Source: Trichoplax adhaerens
Lineage: Eukaryota; Animalia; Placozoa
Length of the DNA stretch: 64,000 bases
Direction of reading: 5' to 3'
Assembly: GCF_000150275.1 (NCBI RefSeq)
Contig: NW_002060959.1
Location: 556,371-620,370 of the forward strand
A model generated the notes under the pieces. That model worked only from the letters and a program-made list of their open reading frames with translations. It was not told the origin of the DNA and ran no database searches. Every line of letters starts with the position of its first letter. The stretch's first letter is position 1. Of the stretch, positions 15,101-26,919 are shown in pieces. The position numbers and the translations under genes were made by a program.

Positions 15101-18100
15101 TAATAAAATGGCAACTCGTAAATAATTAAAATATCAATTAAATAACCATAGCAGCAATAGGATCTTGTAACTTTTTTTCCATTAGGTAGCTACTCATTGT
15201 GATAGCATGGGAAGAATTATCGAAACGAAAGAGCGGCCCCTATAATTTGAAATAATATCAATTGTCTTATCTAACTGTTGCGCTCATTTTGACCAAAAGA
15301 ATCAAAGGCGCAACCTTTTTCTGCGGTTTTGGACCGGTTCGTAGAAATCTACCTTGTTGCGTGTAGTATTCTGCAACATTACTATAAATTTGGTAACATC
15401 AATTATTGTCGACCCACGAAATCAATGCTTATCGTATCTACTCTAATTGATAAATTTCAATTTGTAACTTAAGCATACATGGATGCTTCTTTATACGTTT
15501 GCGCTCTAATTTGCAAAGAAGCAGCAGTATTCGTCACATCTAAGTATTGATTCAGAATGTTTTGTACCTACAGGCATAGAATCCAAATCATATTTTCATC
15601 AAATGTGGTCATCAAAGAAACTTAAATAATATGCTTAGATGCATCTATAGATCTGTATTTCTAATGTATCCCTTACAGCATATTGCATCTCCGACCAAAC
15701 ATCAGCTACACGATAAACAGCAATATTTTCTATACAAAATTAATTTTATCATTAAGTATATAGCGATCATAATTTAGACATAGCGAATAAGTTGTAAATA
15801 AGAAAATTACACAATACCATTTTGTGTAACATTGGAACCACTCTAAAATAACGAAGAAAATAGCCTTAGATCACTTTAATTAATGATAATGAGATTTTAT
15901 GATGTTATTAGCAAATACCAGTGATTTATCAATAGCATCCGCAGCTACTTCATGTGCTTTGGTAACTGCACAAAATTTCTTAAATAAAAGGTTAAGAAAC
16001 TCTAAAAGAATTTGTGCATCACCGGCACTCATTGCTTTATATCGTGGGCTAAATTATAACATAATCATAGTAACATGTCTCAGTAACGTATAATGGATAT
16101 CATTCTCAAACACATTACTCTCATCGTAGAATAGAACTTACTTATCAGAAATTTGAGCTTTAGTTTTCTTTATGATCATTTGAATTTCACGCTTGATTCT
16201 ACTTTCAATAGTTACAATAGCGTCCGGTATTTTTCCTAATAGATTCAATGCTTCAACAATAACATTGACAAAGTATTCGCCATCATCTTCCGGCTGCGAC
16301 TGCAATAAATCTTCCATCCCCTAAATAGATAAATGGACAGAACTGATATTAAGCTTCGGCTGCTTAGTAGTTACAAGCAGAAGTACGTAGTTATGATAGA
16401 CAAAATGAAATTGATAGGACATCATTCTGCACATGATTTGTTATTGACAATCATAATTACTCTGATAGCATGTCTTTCTGAAGATCGATCATGTAGTATC
16501 ATGTTCCCTGCATAGTATTAAGTTTGTGATATTAGGTGGGGCACACTTTCCTAAGACATATTGATAATCAAACAATTATATAAATGATAGAAAACTAACT
16601 TATCGCTGTTCTAGTTTTTGCTCTCTTCCTTGAAGCGTCATTCTCAGCTATGAAATTTAAAATAATTTGGTCATGTTAACAAACTTGAAGATCAATGACG
16701 TCCATAAGTAACTCTACCTTCAGTTATCTTGTTGGTCTCAATATCTTTCACGGATCTTACATATATTTGGTTACTTAATTCCTCAATCAACGTTTCGTGC
16801 ATTTTCTATAGTACGAGATCAAAGTTAGCAAAGGAAGGCAATCGGTCTGAAAAATAGTATGTATTGAAGTTGAAAATTAGCAAATTTACTTCTTTTCTAG
16901 TCCGTAATTCCGCCTTCAGTTCTCTTAAGCCTTCAATGGATTTTAGCTGGCCGTCTAATGATTCTACTGTAATATTTCAGTAAAAATGAGTTCCATTTTG
17001 TTAGCATAACTCTGCTAAACGTATGAATTCTTACATGTCGTTACAAGTAGTCCTGTTGCATGCAGATAGCGTTTTTCTGCCACATATTTATCAAACTGTT
17101 CGGGCGTACTTCGAATTTTATCACTTGATGAGAACACTAAACAGTTAGTCGTTAAGAAGCAGTTTTTGCCATAAATAAATGTCAAAAATAATGATATGAC
17201 TACAGTCTGACAAAATTCTCACAAATGAACACATACATTTTATCTAATATCTTTATTTTCTGCTTTTCTTCAACACTATCCATCCAAGGCTTAAACAAGT
17301 CTTCACGCCTGTAGCTTAGTAACTCTTTACAAGCTATCAACTTGGACTTTAACTGCTTTACAGTTTCTAAAGAATCTGAAAACGACATTTATAGGATATC
17401 ATCCAAGTTAGCTATTTAAGGTGATTTTTTTAAACTATTAATAATGTAGCCTTATTGTGTGATAGGAGACAGTTACAATGAAGTAGTTACTAATTTTGAT
17501 GCGAATTGTTGTTGTAATGTTTACTATAATCTATCGTTATACTACTTTTGATATAGTAATACGGGAAACTTGATCTAGTATTTGCCTGTTTTTAATAATA
17601 TAGTTGAATCAATGTGGGTGTATCAACCCTTGCATCAAGCCTATTTCTGGTATAATTGAACATATTACCTGTTACATGCTTCCTAATTCCTGTGAAAGCC
17701 TGCAAAGCAGCTTGAAGTTGATCATAATTTTCTGTTTAAAAGCGCAAGGTCAGTAGATTTGTTTAATATTTAATGTGAATCTCTTACGATAGTGAGATAA
17801 GAAACAGGCTATTAAGCTAGATAGTCTGTTTGTTTTCTCTTTCCAGAAGAATAACATATTGGAGCTACCTATGGCTACTACAGAATAAGGGTCATGTGTC
17901 TCAAGTACTTTAAGAGTAGTAACTCATCTACGAATACGACAAAATGAGGACATGACGTCTGTAGTATTTATATTTTAGACTACCATTTCCAGAAGAATAG
18001 AAATCCTAAACCATTTATGATTACTCCACAATAAGGATAGAACATCTCCAGTGTTTATCTTTAGACTACAACTACGTCATGACAAAACTTAATCAGGACG

Positions 18101-18990
18101 AATATGTAACATCTCGTATTTCTATTATAAATTCTATTTCACATCAACTTACCAGCAATTAGTCGTTCTAATTTATCATCGCAAGCTGTAAATTCACTTT
18201 CTAGCCGAGCCTTTTCATCATCGCGATGGTGTTTATCGCCTCCACTAATAAATACAATGAATTTAAACTTAATTGACATTTTTTTTTCACTTATGGAATG
18301 AGATTGATTCCATCCATCAGTATGCACTTAGTACGACTAGATAGCGTTGGAAAATAGAAATAGACTACAAGTGGAAATTTACTTTACATCGTTTGAAAAC
18401 TGGGTCACTGGCTACATGACTCAGCCAGCTCGACACTGTCGATATGCTGCAGTCGATCAAGTTCACACAGCGTCAACGTTACAAATGACTGCACTGAACT
18501 GTAGTGAGTGGAAAATAGGGTTGCATACATTATACACAGCGTTATTGAAACGTTTCTTTTAATACTATCTACTAGTAAATATCATTTTAACCAAGTCTTG
18601 TATGGGATGATTGTTTTGTTCAGGTTTTGCGCTCGCCTTGTTTGAATATACGTTAGACAGCACACAGTACAATGAAAGGCTATTAAAAATGATTTATATT
18701 GTACGAGCTAGTGTCTATGGGAGAGGCTAGAGCACAAGTTACCCATTGCTACAACTAGCAAGTGTTCTTACCTTATAGAAAGACTCTTAATAACAGCAAT
18801 AAGGTAGGTTGCACCACTCTAGAATAGACATAGCCATCCATCACGTTAGTTGAAAGTATGACGATCGATCGTTACTATGACAATGTATCGACATGCCAGT
18901 CTAGGCTCTCAACACTTTGCAATCGCTATGGACTAAAAGTACATGCTACATGATTCAATCAACTGGTCATTTTACCTTTGTTCCAGACAT
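12170..18990 (-). CDS. EXOC4: Exocyst complex component 4 (Sec8), multi-exon
   Basis: GT-AG exons: 18976-18990 (MSGTK), 18772-18818 ([15 protein letters not shown]), 18153-18244 ([23 protein letters not shown]), 17669-17731, 17237-17375 ([15 protein letters not shown]), 17035-17123 ([11 protein letters not shown]), 16890-16966 ([11 protein letters not shown]), 16718-16805. Later exons include [23 protein letters not shown] and [10 protein letters not shown]. The last exon ends [12 protein letters not shown] at 12170. Collinear with animal Sec8. Not all internal exons were mapped. Confidence 0.93.
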
Positions 18991-19324
18991 TTGAGCCTTA
19001 GTCAGTCTTGATTAACTGGCCGAGTTGTTGATTGAAATGAATTTGGATGATCAAGTGTGGAAAAAGGATCGACCAACGCCAGCAACTAGTTCAAGCTGGC
19101 CAACCTCGGTCTTCAATCACGTTCGGGTTGGGTAGCCAGCGAATGGATTGACTGTGGGCAATGCCTAGTGTGGACTATACTACGTTGGAGGTGTCTGCGT
19201 CCTATACACTATACACAGTATACTATACAGCTGTTGGTATCGGAAAGCTTGGACGGACACACTGGAAACCAAACGAGCAGCTGATGGGGATGGCAATCGT
19301 GCACAGTCTAGTGTATCGTTTCGT

Positions 19325-20210
19325 ATCGGCGTTTCAGTTGAAATGACCAGTAAAATGGTCAGTTTGGCTTATTTTAGTGGAGTAAACGAGGCTTTCTTTT
19401 GAGTGCAGTGCAGTACTGTACCCTACAGTACTATATACTCTATTCTACAGTACAGTACAGTGTGGATGAGGGACATGGACTGATATAATACTGTACTGTA
19501 CTGTACAGTACTGTACTCTCACTCAGATGGATCGGCGTTTCAGTTGTAATGACCAGTAAAATAGTCAGTTGGCTCATTTTGAGTCTTGTAAACGAGGCCT
19601 TCTTTTGACTACAGTACAGTACAGTGTGGATGAGAGACTTGGACTGATTCTAAAGTACTACACAGTCATTAATGTACTCTCAGATGGATCGGCATTTCAG
19701 TTGAAATGACCAGTAAAATAGTCAGTTGGCTCATTTTGAGTCTTGTGAACGAGGCCTTCCTTTGACTACAATACTACATACTGTATTCTACAGTCTAGTA
19801 TTGTACTCTACTGTACTGTACAGTGTACACTGTACAGGAGGAAACAGGGTGTACCAGAATGTATTTTGTCACTTTAAAAATACAGTAGAGCTATAATAGA
19901 ATGATATAATAATAGTCAGTATTTGCTTATTAAGATCACCGGTTGATGCTTTTCAAAGTGACAAAATACTTGGATACACACTGTACAGTAGATGAGAGTC
20001 ATACAGGGTCTTTAGTGTGGATGAGAGACATGACCAGTAATCTAGTCAGTTGGCTCATTTTGAGTCTTGTGAACCAGGCCTTCTTTTGGCTACAGTACTA
20101 CACACTGTACTCTACAGTATACGGTAGTATTGTACTGTGTCTAATATGGACGAGAGACATCGACTGATTGCAGTACAGTATACTGTCCTTACTCTCAGAT
20201 GGACGGACAT
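19325..20210. repeat. Array of ~4 copies of a 160-200-bp unit interleaved with TACAG/CTGTA runs, upstream of EXOC4
   Basis: Core atcggc(g/a)tttcagttg(a/t)aatgaccagtaaaat..gtcagtt..ggct..tttt..aacgaggc starts at 19325, 19531 and 19688, with a partial copy at ~20030. Confidence 0.9.
19845..19983. mobile_element. Tc1/mariner-type MITE (~139 bp)
   Basis: Imperfect TIRs: cagggtgtacc..gtattttgtcactttaaaaa and ttttcaaagtgacaaaatacttggatacacactg, with a perfect 15-bp core. CAG termini; TA on the right flank, AA on the left. Confidence 0.65.
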
Positions 20211-20434
20211 TGTCGGCCTCATCTCTGTGTCAAACACTGGGTTATGCCGTTGTAACAGTACTTTAGTATGCAAATGGTCGATTTTGAACAAACTGATTTA
20301 GGCTACATGAAGTAATATTACGCTCAATCTGATTATCTGGTGTTACTCACTTCCACTTGGAGACAGTGATATAAGATCGTCCATGTTATTACAATGAGCA
20401 CCAGTGATTGAGAAAACAAACATACAAGATCTGT

Positions 20435-20600
20435 ACTCAGTAGCCATTTGGCGTTATTCATAACTAGATTGGTTGAGAAAAGTCCGTCTGTCTGAGGGAG
20501 TGATGAGTACACTCAGTAGCCATTTGGCGTTATTCATAACTACAGTACAATGTACATTGGTTGAGAAAAGTCCGTCTGTCTGAGAGAGTGATGAGTAGAC
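20435..20600. repeat. Direct tandem duplication, two ~75-90-bp units
   Basis: actcagtagccatttggcgttattcataacta..ttggttgagaaaagtccgtctgtctgag.gagtgatgagta occurs twice. The second copy carries an extra cagtacaatgtac-type segment. Confidence 0.9.
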
Positions 20601-20657
20601 TCAGTACAGTACAGTCAGTAGACTCAGTACAGGTCCAAGGTACTTCGACGTCGGTAC

Positions 20658-20746
20658 GTCCAGTCCGGTCCAGTCCTCGTTCTCATTGTAGTAGTCCACA
20701 AGAATGGTCCAGGACGATCCTAGACTGGTACTGGACCGGACTGGAC
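20658..20746. repeat. Perfect 17-bp inverted repeat, 55-nt spacer, in a GC-rich island
   Basis: gtccagtccggtccagt (20658-20674) and actggaccggactggac (20730-20746). Confidence 0.8.
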
Positions 20747-20779
20747 TGGACCGGAACGGCGTCCAGTATCGACAAGATC

Positions 20780-23320
20780 ATTGGGTGTTGTCCTTAGACC
20801 TTGATTTACACCCCACGGGAAGTAAATTATACTAAGTCAATACTGACGTTGACGACAGGACTCCAACTGGTGCTACAGCAGTTGCAAATCCATTTGCCTT
20901 TTGCAGTTGGCCATTCCACTTTGCAGGTGTTGATCTCATCATTGCCATTGGAGAATCGCATTTGTCATCTACAATATTCAATCGAGACGATTTACTGCTG
21001 TTCACCGACTGTATAGACAGTGTTCATATCGTTCCAAACCATTGATTGACCTGGATCAGGTAGGGTAATTTCCTTTCAATAATGTCCATCTTGTACTAGA
21101 CTCTGACCTGTTGATTGCACTTTTATCTCCTCCTATCCAATCCGTTGAAGTGAAGTGAGTGAGTAAAATTCAAGAATGAGCAAGAATGCAAGTTGAAATA
21201 GATGCAACTACTGTAGAATAACTGTATGTTAAGTGGGTAAGCTATTTGTGAGATTCCTATCCAATCCATGGAAGTGAAGTGAATGAGCAAGAACGCTAGT
21301 TGAAGTAGGTGCAACTACTCTACTGTAAAATAACTGCATGCTAAGTGGGTAAGCTATTTGTGAGATTCCTATCCAATCCATTGAAGTGAAGTGAATGAGC
21401 AAGAACGCTAGTTGAAGTAGATGCAACTACTGTAGAATAACTGTATGTTAAGTGGGTAAGCTATTTGTGAGATTCCTATCCAATCCATTGAAGTGAAGTG
21501 AACGAGCAAGAACGCTAGTTGAAGTAGGTGCAACTACTCCGCTGTAAAATAAGTGCATGCTAAGTGGGTAAGCTATTTGTTGATCTTCCCTATCGACGGT
21601 ATCGGTATACTATTCCCTCTTGCAATGCCTTGTGTGTTGTCAATGCGTTTAATAATCATGGACTTGATGACTTGATCAACGACGTCAACCCGTACTGTTT
21701 ATTTAATGGATAGACGGTACAGTATATTAATTCCACTCCCAAAATAAGAATTGATGCAAATAGAAGTGAAAAATAAATCCATACATATTCTGACCTGTTT
21801 CACCAATGGCTGGCTGTCTTGCCAGTCCTATACTCTAATGTTGTTATGAATTCAATAAATTGTTCGTTTTCGATCTCCCCCTCTAGTCACGACGATGAAC
21901 CCTATTGCAATGTTAAACTGCATTCCTGTCGTATAGGCAAAGATCCACTTTTCATTCATCATGTAGTGGAAGTTGATCGATCAATTTATCTAGTCTACCA
22001 TTCAAATTTTCCATCGCTGTTGAAAGTAGCGTTGATAGGATTGACATCATTATTTATTCCATGATCAACTTGTACAGTTGCTTTATTTGAAAGATTTTCA
22101 TCGATTACAATGTCTCCTTCAACGTCAACTTGTACAAGAAGTGGACGATGCTCTATGTGTTGATTGAACAGGTTGACATTGACCAATTCAAATCATTATC
22201 CTACTTAGAAATAGAAGACTACCGGATGCGATTTAAATTATTTACCAATCGAAGCGTGAATTGCGTAGTAGTTCCGTCTTTAAATTAGTAATTCCATTTG
22301 CTCTACAATTCTTCTTATTTACTGCTGATATAGACTGTAGATTAACGTACGGATTGATGAAATGATCAATTGGAAGCGTTGACATTTAAAAATATATAGT
22401 AATCGCCATAACACATCCACTACGAAATCCCTTATCGAGGGATAGGGGTTGTCATCGCTAGAATTAAATATCATTTAATAATCCCTCTGTTTTTGTTTCA
22501 CATGACATAATCATAAACTACTGCATCTTTGTGCTTTCATACAGCGCTGAAACTATATTAACAAGATAAATCGAACGCATCCTTGACCATCGACTTTACG
22601 GAGTACCACTACGGTTGACAACAGTTGGCGTAATCAATATTGGAACGTTATCCTTCAATTGAATTAATAACGCTGGCTAAGTTAGTCTAACGCGTGATGT
22701 TTGTAGTCGTCATTGTAGCCAGTATTCAACTTCAATGAGTAACATTTGCTAATCAATGGCCTTATACAATTTTAGCAATTGCTAACCGACTCATACTTGT
22801 CGACAGAAATAAGATTTTCTACAGATTACCGTTTATACGACGTTAGTATTTATCATTTACTTAGTTCCAACGAACCCCTCTTGATCAACAGCTTTCCACA
22901 CAAATTGATGTCGTACTCTATCACTAAATCAATACAGTACGGGTAACTATGGCTACATTTCGAGGGGATTGGACACCTTTCGACTGCTGCCTTTGACTTC
23001 ATTAATCTGTATCCATGATGACATAGATAACGCCTTTTAGTTTTCAATTTTAACTCATCCTTGCCAAGTAAATTGAAAATAAAAATAACTATGATCCCAT
23101 TACAGGTAGTCATGCGCTTCGGCGGCTTGTCTTCATTAATTAATTGACGCGTAGTTAATTAATTGTAACGAGTGATTGAATACATGGGTGTTGGCTTTCT
23201 TAGCCATGAAATATGCCTTAGGGGTTATGCCGTTGTTTACTACGTTAAATTGTAATAGCCAGGTTGTGTTAATACTCGTTACAAAGTTAATAATCTGTAT
23301 AGTAAAGATGATAATTCGCA
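20780..23320 (-). pseudogene. Possible degenerate coding region of unassigned family, interrupted by the 21.1-21.6 kb tandem repeat
   Basis: Several short protein-like minus-strand frames (e.g. VQVDVEGDIVIDENLSNKATVQVDHGINNDVNPINATFNSDGKFEW; EITLPDPGQSMVWNDMNTVYTVG) with higher GC than the flanks, separated by stops and frameshifts. Confidence 0.2.
21132..21580. repeat. Tandem repeat, 4 units of 107-124 bp with alternating A/B variants
   Basis: cctatccaatcc starts at 21132, 21256, 21368 and 21475; each unit ends in aagtgggtaagctatttgt. Confidence 0.95.
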
Positions 23321-24045
23321 AACAATCCTTTCAAGTCTTACTTTCAAATCATGAGTTCTACCGCTATAGTGGAATAGCAAAATTGCCATAGAACTCTTTA
23401 TGGAGACTCTCATACTTATGTTGAAATTTTCGTTACACTGTTAGTGCATATCCTCTCGTACATCCATACGGTAGAATGTTACATGTTATTCGGCACGTTA
23501 TTTTACCGTATCGCATCTTCCATTTGTAGCATAAGTAAATAATCTATTGATATTGTACACTGAGCAGCAAGGTAAATATTAATGTCCAGTAGCCGGTCAA
23601 GTCTCCACGATCCCAGTCCCTAAATAGACTGCATCAGTAGTGCTATGTGTTTAGGCAAATTTCTTTACACGTTGATTTACACGAATGTTACTCCCCAATA
23701 GTAGATTGTGAATTACCTGTCTAATGCTTAACTCGTGCTTGTATACCTATCCCTAAAAATAACTCTTAGACAGTTAATGAATACGAAAGGTCGCCCTGAT
23801 CGACAGTATTTGATAATTAATCCATCTAACAAACTTATCGCATAATTTGCTCGAGCTACTGTACGATAACTTGCTTTGGCGATAAGGTTAAATGGGTCCT
23901 TACTAACCAAGCAAGTTGTGAAAATATCCATTTTATACTTTTAATGCTCTTCGTTAAAATTGCAATCATTAACCCTGTACGGTATGGTATGATAGGATGC
24001 GATAATTTACCATCTGAAATATTATCTTCGTAGAATTAGGTAACT

Positions 24046-26328
24046 ATGAGTAATTCCAATCCTAACTTACAAACCGACAAAGGAATAGTTGATGGCCTTC
24101 AAAAGCCTAGAATAGATTTAAGTAAGCCTCGATGGAGTCAAGAGACATTTATCGGCCGATTTAAGCATTTCCTGCAAACTACTGATCCAAGAAATGCCTT
24201 TGTAAGCGAGAAACAATTGGATGCGGCCAAAGACTTGGTACAATCTTACAAGTACGCTGGATAATGATAAGAAATAAATATTGCATTGAACAGAGCTAAT
24301 AATGAAATGACATCCTAGACATCCTCTTTTTCCGATTTCACTAGATTGACCAAAAATCTATATTGCATTCTTGCAGGTTAGGTAGCGAACCACCTGGAAC
24401 AACTGAGGAACAATTATGGCATGCAAAAAAGTTGTATGATTCCGCATTTCATCCGTCAACCGGAGAGAAAATGTTAACTATCGGTAGAATGTCCGCTCAG
24501 GTCCCTTGCAATATGACTATCACCGGCCTAATGATGACATTTTACAGGTTCATTTAGATAAGATATGCATGCACTTTGGATCTTGTATAAGTATGTTTAT
24601 TGCTGATTTGTTGTAAATATAAACATGATAGAAACAACATTAATTCAAGGTACTTTACATGCAAATAAATGTACTAATGTAAAATTACTGCTAGTATATG
24701 TGCATACTGTACGTAGCCTGTAGGACATACGTCAATAATATAAATGTTATAGCTACAAATCTTATGATTTTGAAATTGCCTATAATCTTTGATATAAATA
24801 TTTTTTTATTTATAGAACTACCCCAGCAGTATTATTTTGGCAGTGGGCAAATCAATCGTTCAATGCTGTAGTCAACTACACCAATAGAAGTGGAAAATCA
24901 ATGAGCTACAGGTAATGTGTGGTTTCATGCTTAACCTTGATTTAGTTTAAATTCGCTCTAAAATTAATCTGACGAAATTTAGTGAGTTAGCGTTGCCGTA
25001 TGTATGTGCTACAACGGGTGCCGTTGGAACAGCTCTTGGATTAAATTCTCTTGTTAAAGTAAGCGTACAACTAATCAATGTAAAAATGTTAGCGCATTGA
25101 GTGGAACTTTAATAATATATTCCATGGATGTCTTATTAAATTGCGCTGACAAAAAATTTGTAGAACAACACGAGTTGAGATTTGGAGGTATTTAACCGAG
25201 ATTTGCCAAGACTGGTGTAATAATTACATAAATTTGCAAATACTATTTAGAAAGCACCACCTGTTATTGGTCGCTTTACGCCCTTTGCTGCCGTTGCTGC
25301 TGCTAATTGTATCAATATCCCAATGATGAGGCAAAGTGAACTAACAGAAGGTATAATGGTGCAAGACAATGAAGGAAATAACGTTGGCAAATCAAAGGTG
25401 ATGATTAAATTTGGTCTCCTTTGATTCTGAATAGTTTTACAGATTGAGTTAAGTAGGTTTATTCGTTCTATACTAGAAAGCCGCAAAAAAAGCAATTGGT
25501 CAAGTGGTCTTTTCAAGAATTATTATGTGCGCTCCAGGAATGAGTATGCATTTTTGTACCAATCATATAAATGATCCATTTCGGCTAATAATTTTACTAA
25601 AATGACAGTTGGCAGTTGTTATAAATTCAATACGATATATAAGATTTTTATGTCTGTATATTTCTTTAGTTTTACCGGCTTGGTTGATGGATAAATTGGA
25701 AAAAGGAAAATTTTTAAAGGTTTGTACATGATGCATACTATGATACGGATACAATAAATGATAACTATTTCTTTAGATTAGTGAACAGTATGGTTAAAAG
25801 GCAACAATTCTAAATTCAACCTTTTAATTCCTATAGAGATACCCTTACATGGGTGGTCCAATTCAAATTGTGCTAGTTGGAATAGCGTAAGTAAAATCGG
25901 GCATTTCGATCAATAGCTGCATTCCTCACAGTTAATAATTATCAAATTACGCATTAAAAATGTAATCTTTTCCAGAAAGGGTATTTCGAATGGCGAATGG
26001 TTGTATTATGTGTTAACATGTTCTATTTTATGTGTATAATTACAGATTAACTGTCATGACTCCAGCTTGCTGTGCTATCTTCCCGCAAAAAAGGTATTCT
26101 TGTATACAGTACACCGATATGTTTTATGCAGCTCAACACTTTTCCTATACCCTATGATAGTATGGTGCGATCTTTCCATCTATAAGTCTTATATTAATTG
26201 AGGCTTTTCTTATTTCGATATTATAAAGTTCCATGGCTGTTGGTGATCTAGAGCCAGAGCTCAGAACAGAAATTGTTGGGCGCTATGGAAATAAATTAGA
26301 GAGAGTATATTTCAATAAAGGCTTGTAA
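24046..26328 (+). CDS. SFXN: Sideroflexin (mitochondrial inner-membrane carrier, SFXN1/2/3-type), 10 exons
   Basis: Exons 24046-24251, 24377-24547, 24816-24911, 24983-25058, 25251-25397, 25477-25543, 25670-25719, 25837-25886, 26046-26093 and 26229-26328, all GT-AG and in frame. Family motifs: [70 protein letters not shown]-terminal VYFNKGL*. Confidence 0.96.
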
Positions 26329-26919
26329 TACGAGTAATGACTATCTGGAAGCCAATTTCCAACGCTAATCATATTTTATTGAAAATTAATAAAATGCAAA
26401 GGTTTTGAAGGACTTTGGGCTGTGTTTTTTGTGAAAGAATAGGACAATAATCTGTACGTGTTTAATGATTTCTTAAGTTAGTGAGTAACAATAAATTATA
26501 TACCCTCGTGTTATTACGCTTGGCCTTCCGTAATATGTCAGGTATTTGAATAGAGTGCAGGATTGAATAGTACATTACATTTATACAACATAGTTTAGCA
26601 GTACGTTGACTCAAGAGACTACTTTCAGATCTATGAAATCATATAGGCCTTTTTACTTTTACCGTAGCATTAGTCGTTACGTAATGAATTATTTTATAAT
26701 TTCAAAACAAGAAAGGATATAAATGTACATCTTTCTCAATGCTAACTTTATTTATATTCTAACAAAAAATATTCCAGTATCCAATCATACATTATTATGC
26801 TCTCAGGAAATCGTATTATGCCATCGAATATTCTACAGGAGTTTGGACAAAAGTAAGACAAATAACTTAATTTGAAATCGAATTGATAGTAGAGTGTTTA
26901 TATACGCATTTGCAATATG

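Noticed and set aside
13633-18562. Plus-strand ORFs listed within the EXOC4 locus
   Set aside because: Antisense shadows of EXOC4 exons or chance intronic ORFs.
21123-21426. Two similar 63-65-aa ORFs (MHLLQLAFLL...)
   Set aside because: Artefacts of the tandem repeat; unit lengths do not preserve the reading frame.
19325-21580. CRISPR-like interpretation of the repeat arrays
   Set aside because: Units are long, degenerate and contiguous, with no unique equal-length spacers. There are no cas genes and the context is eukaryotic.
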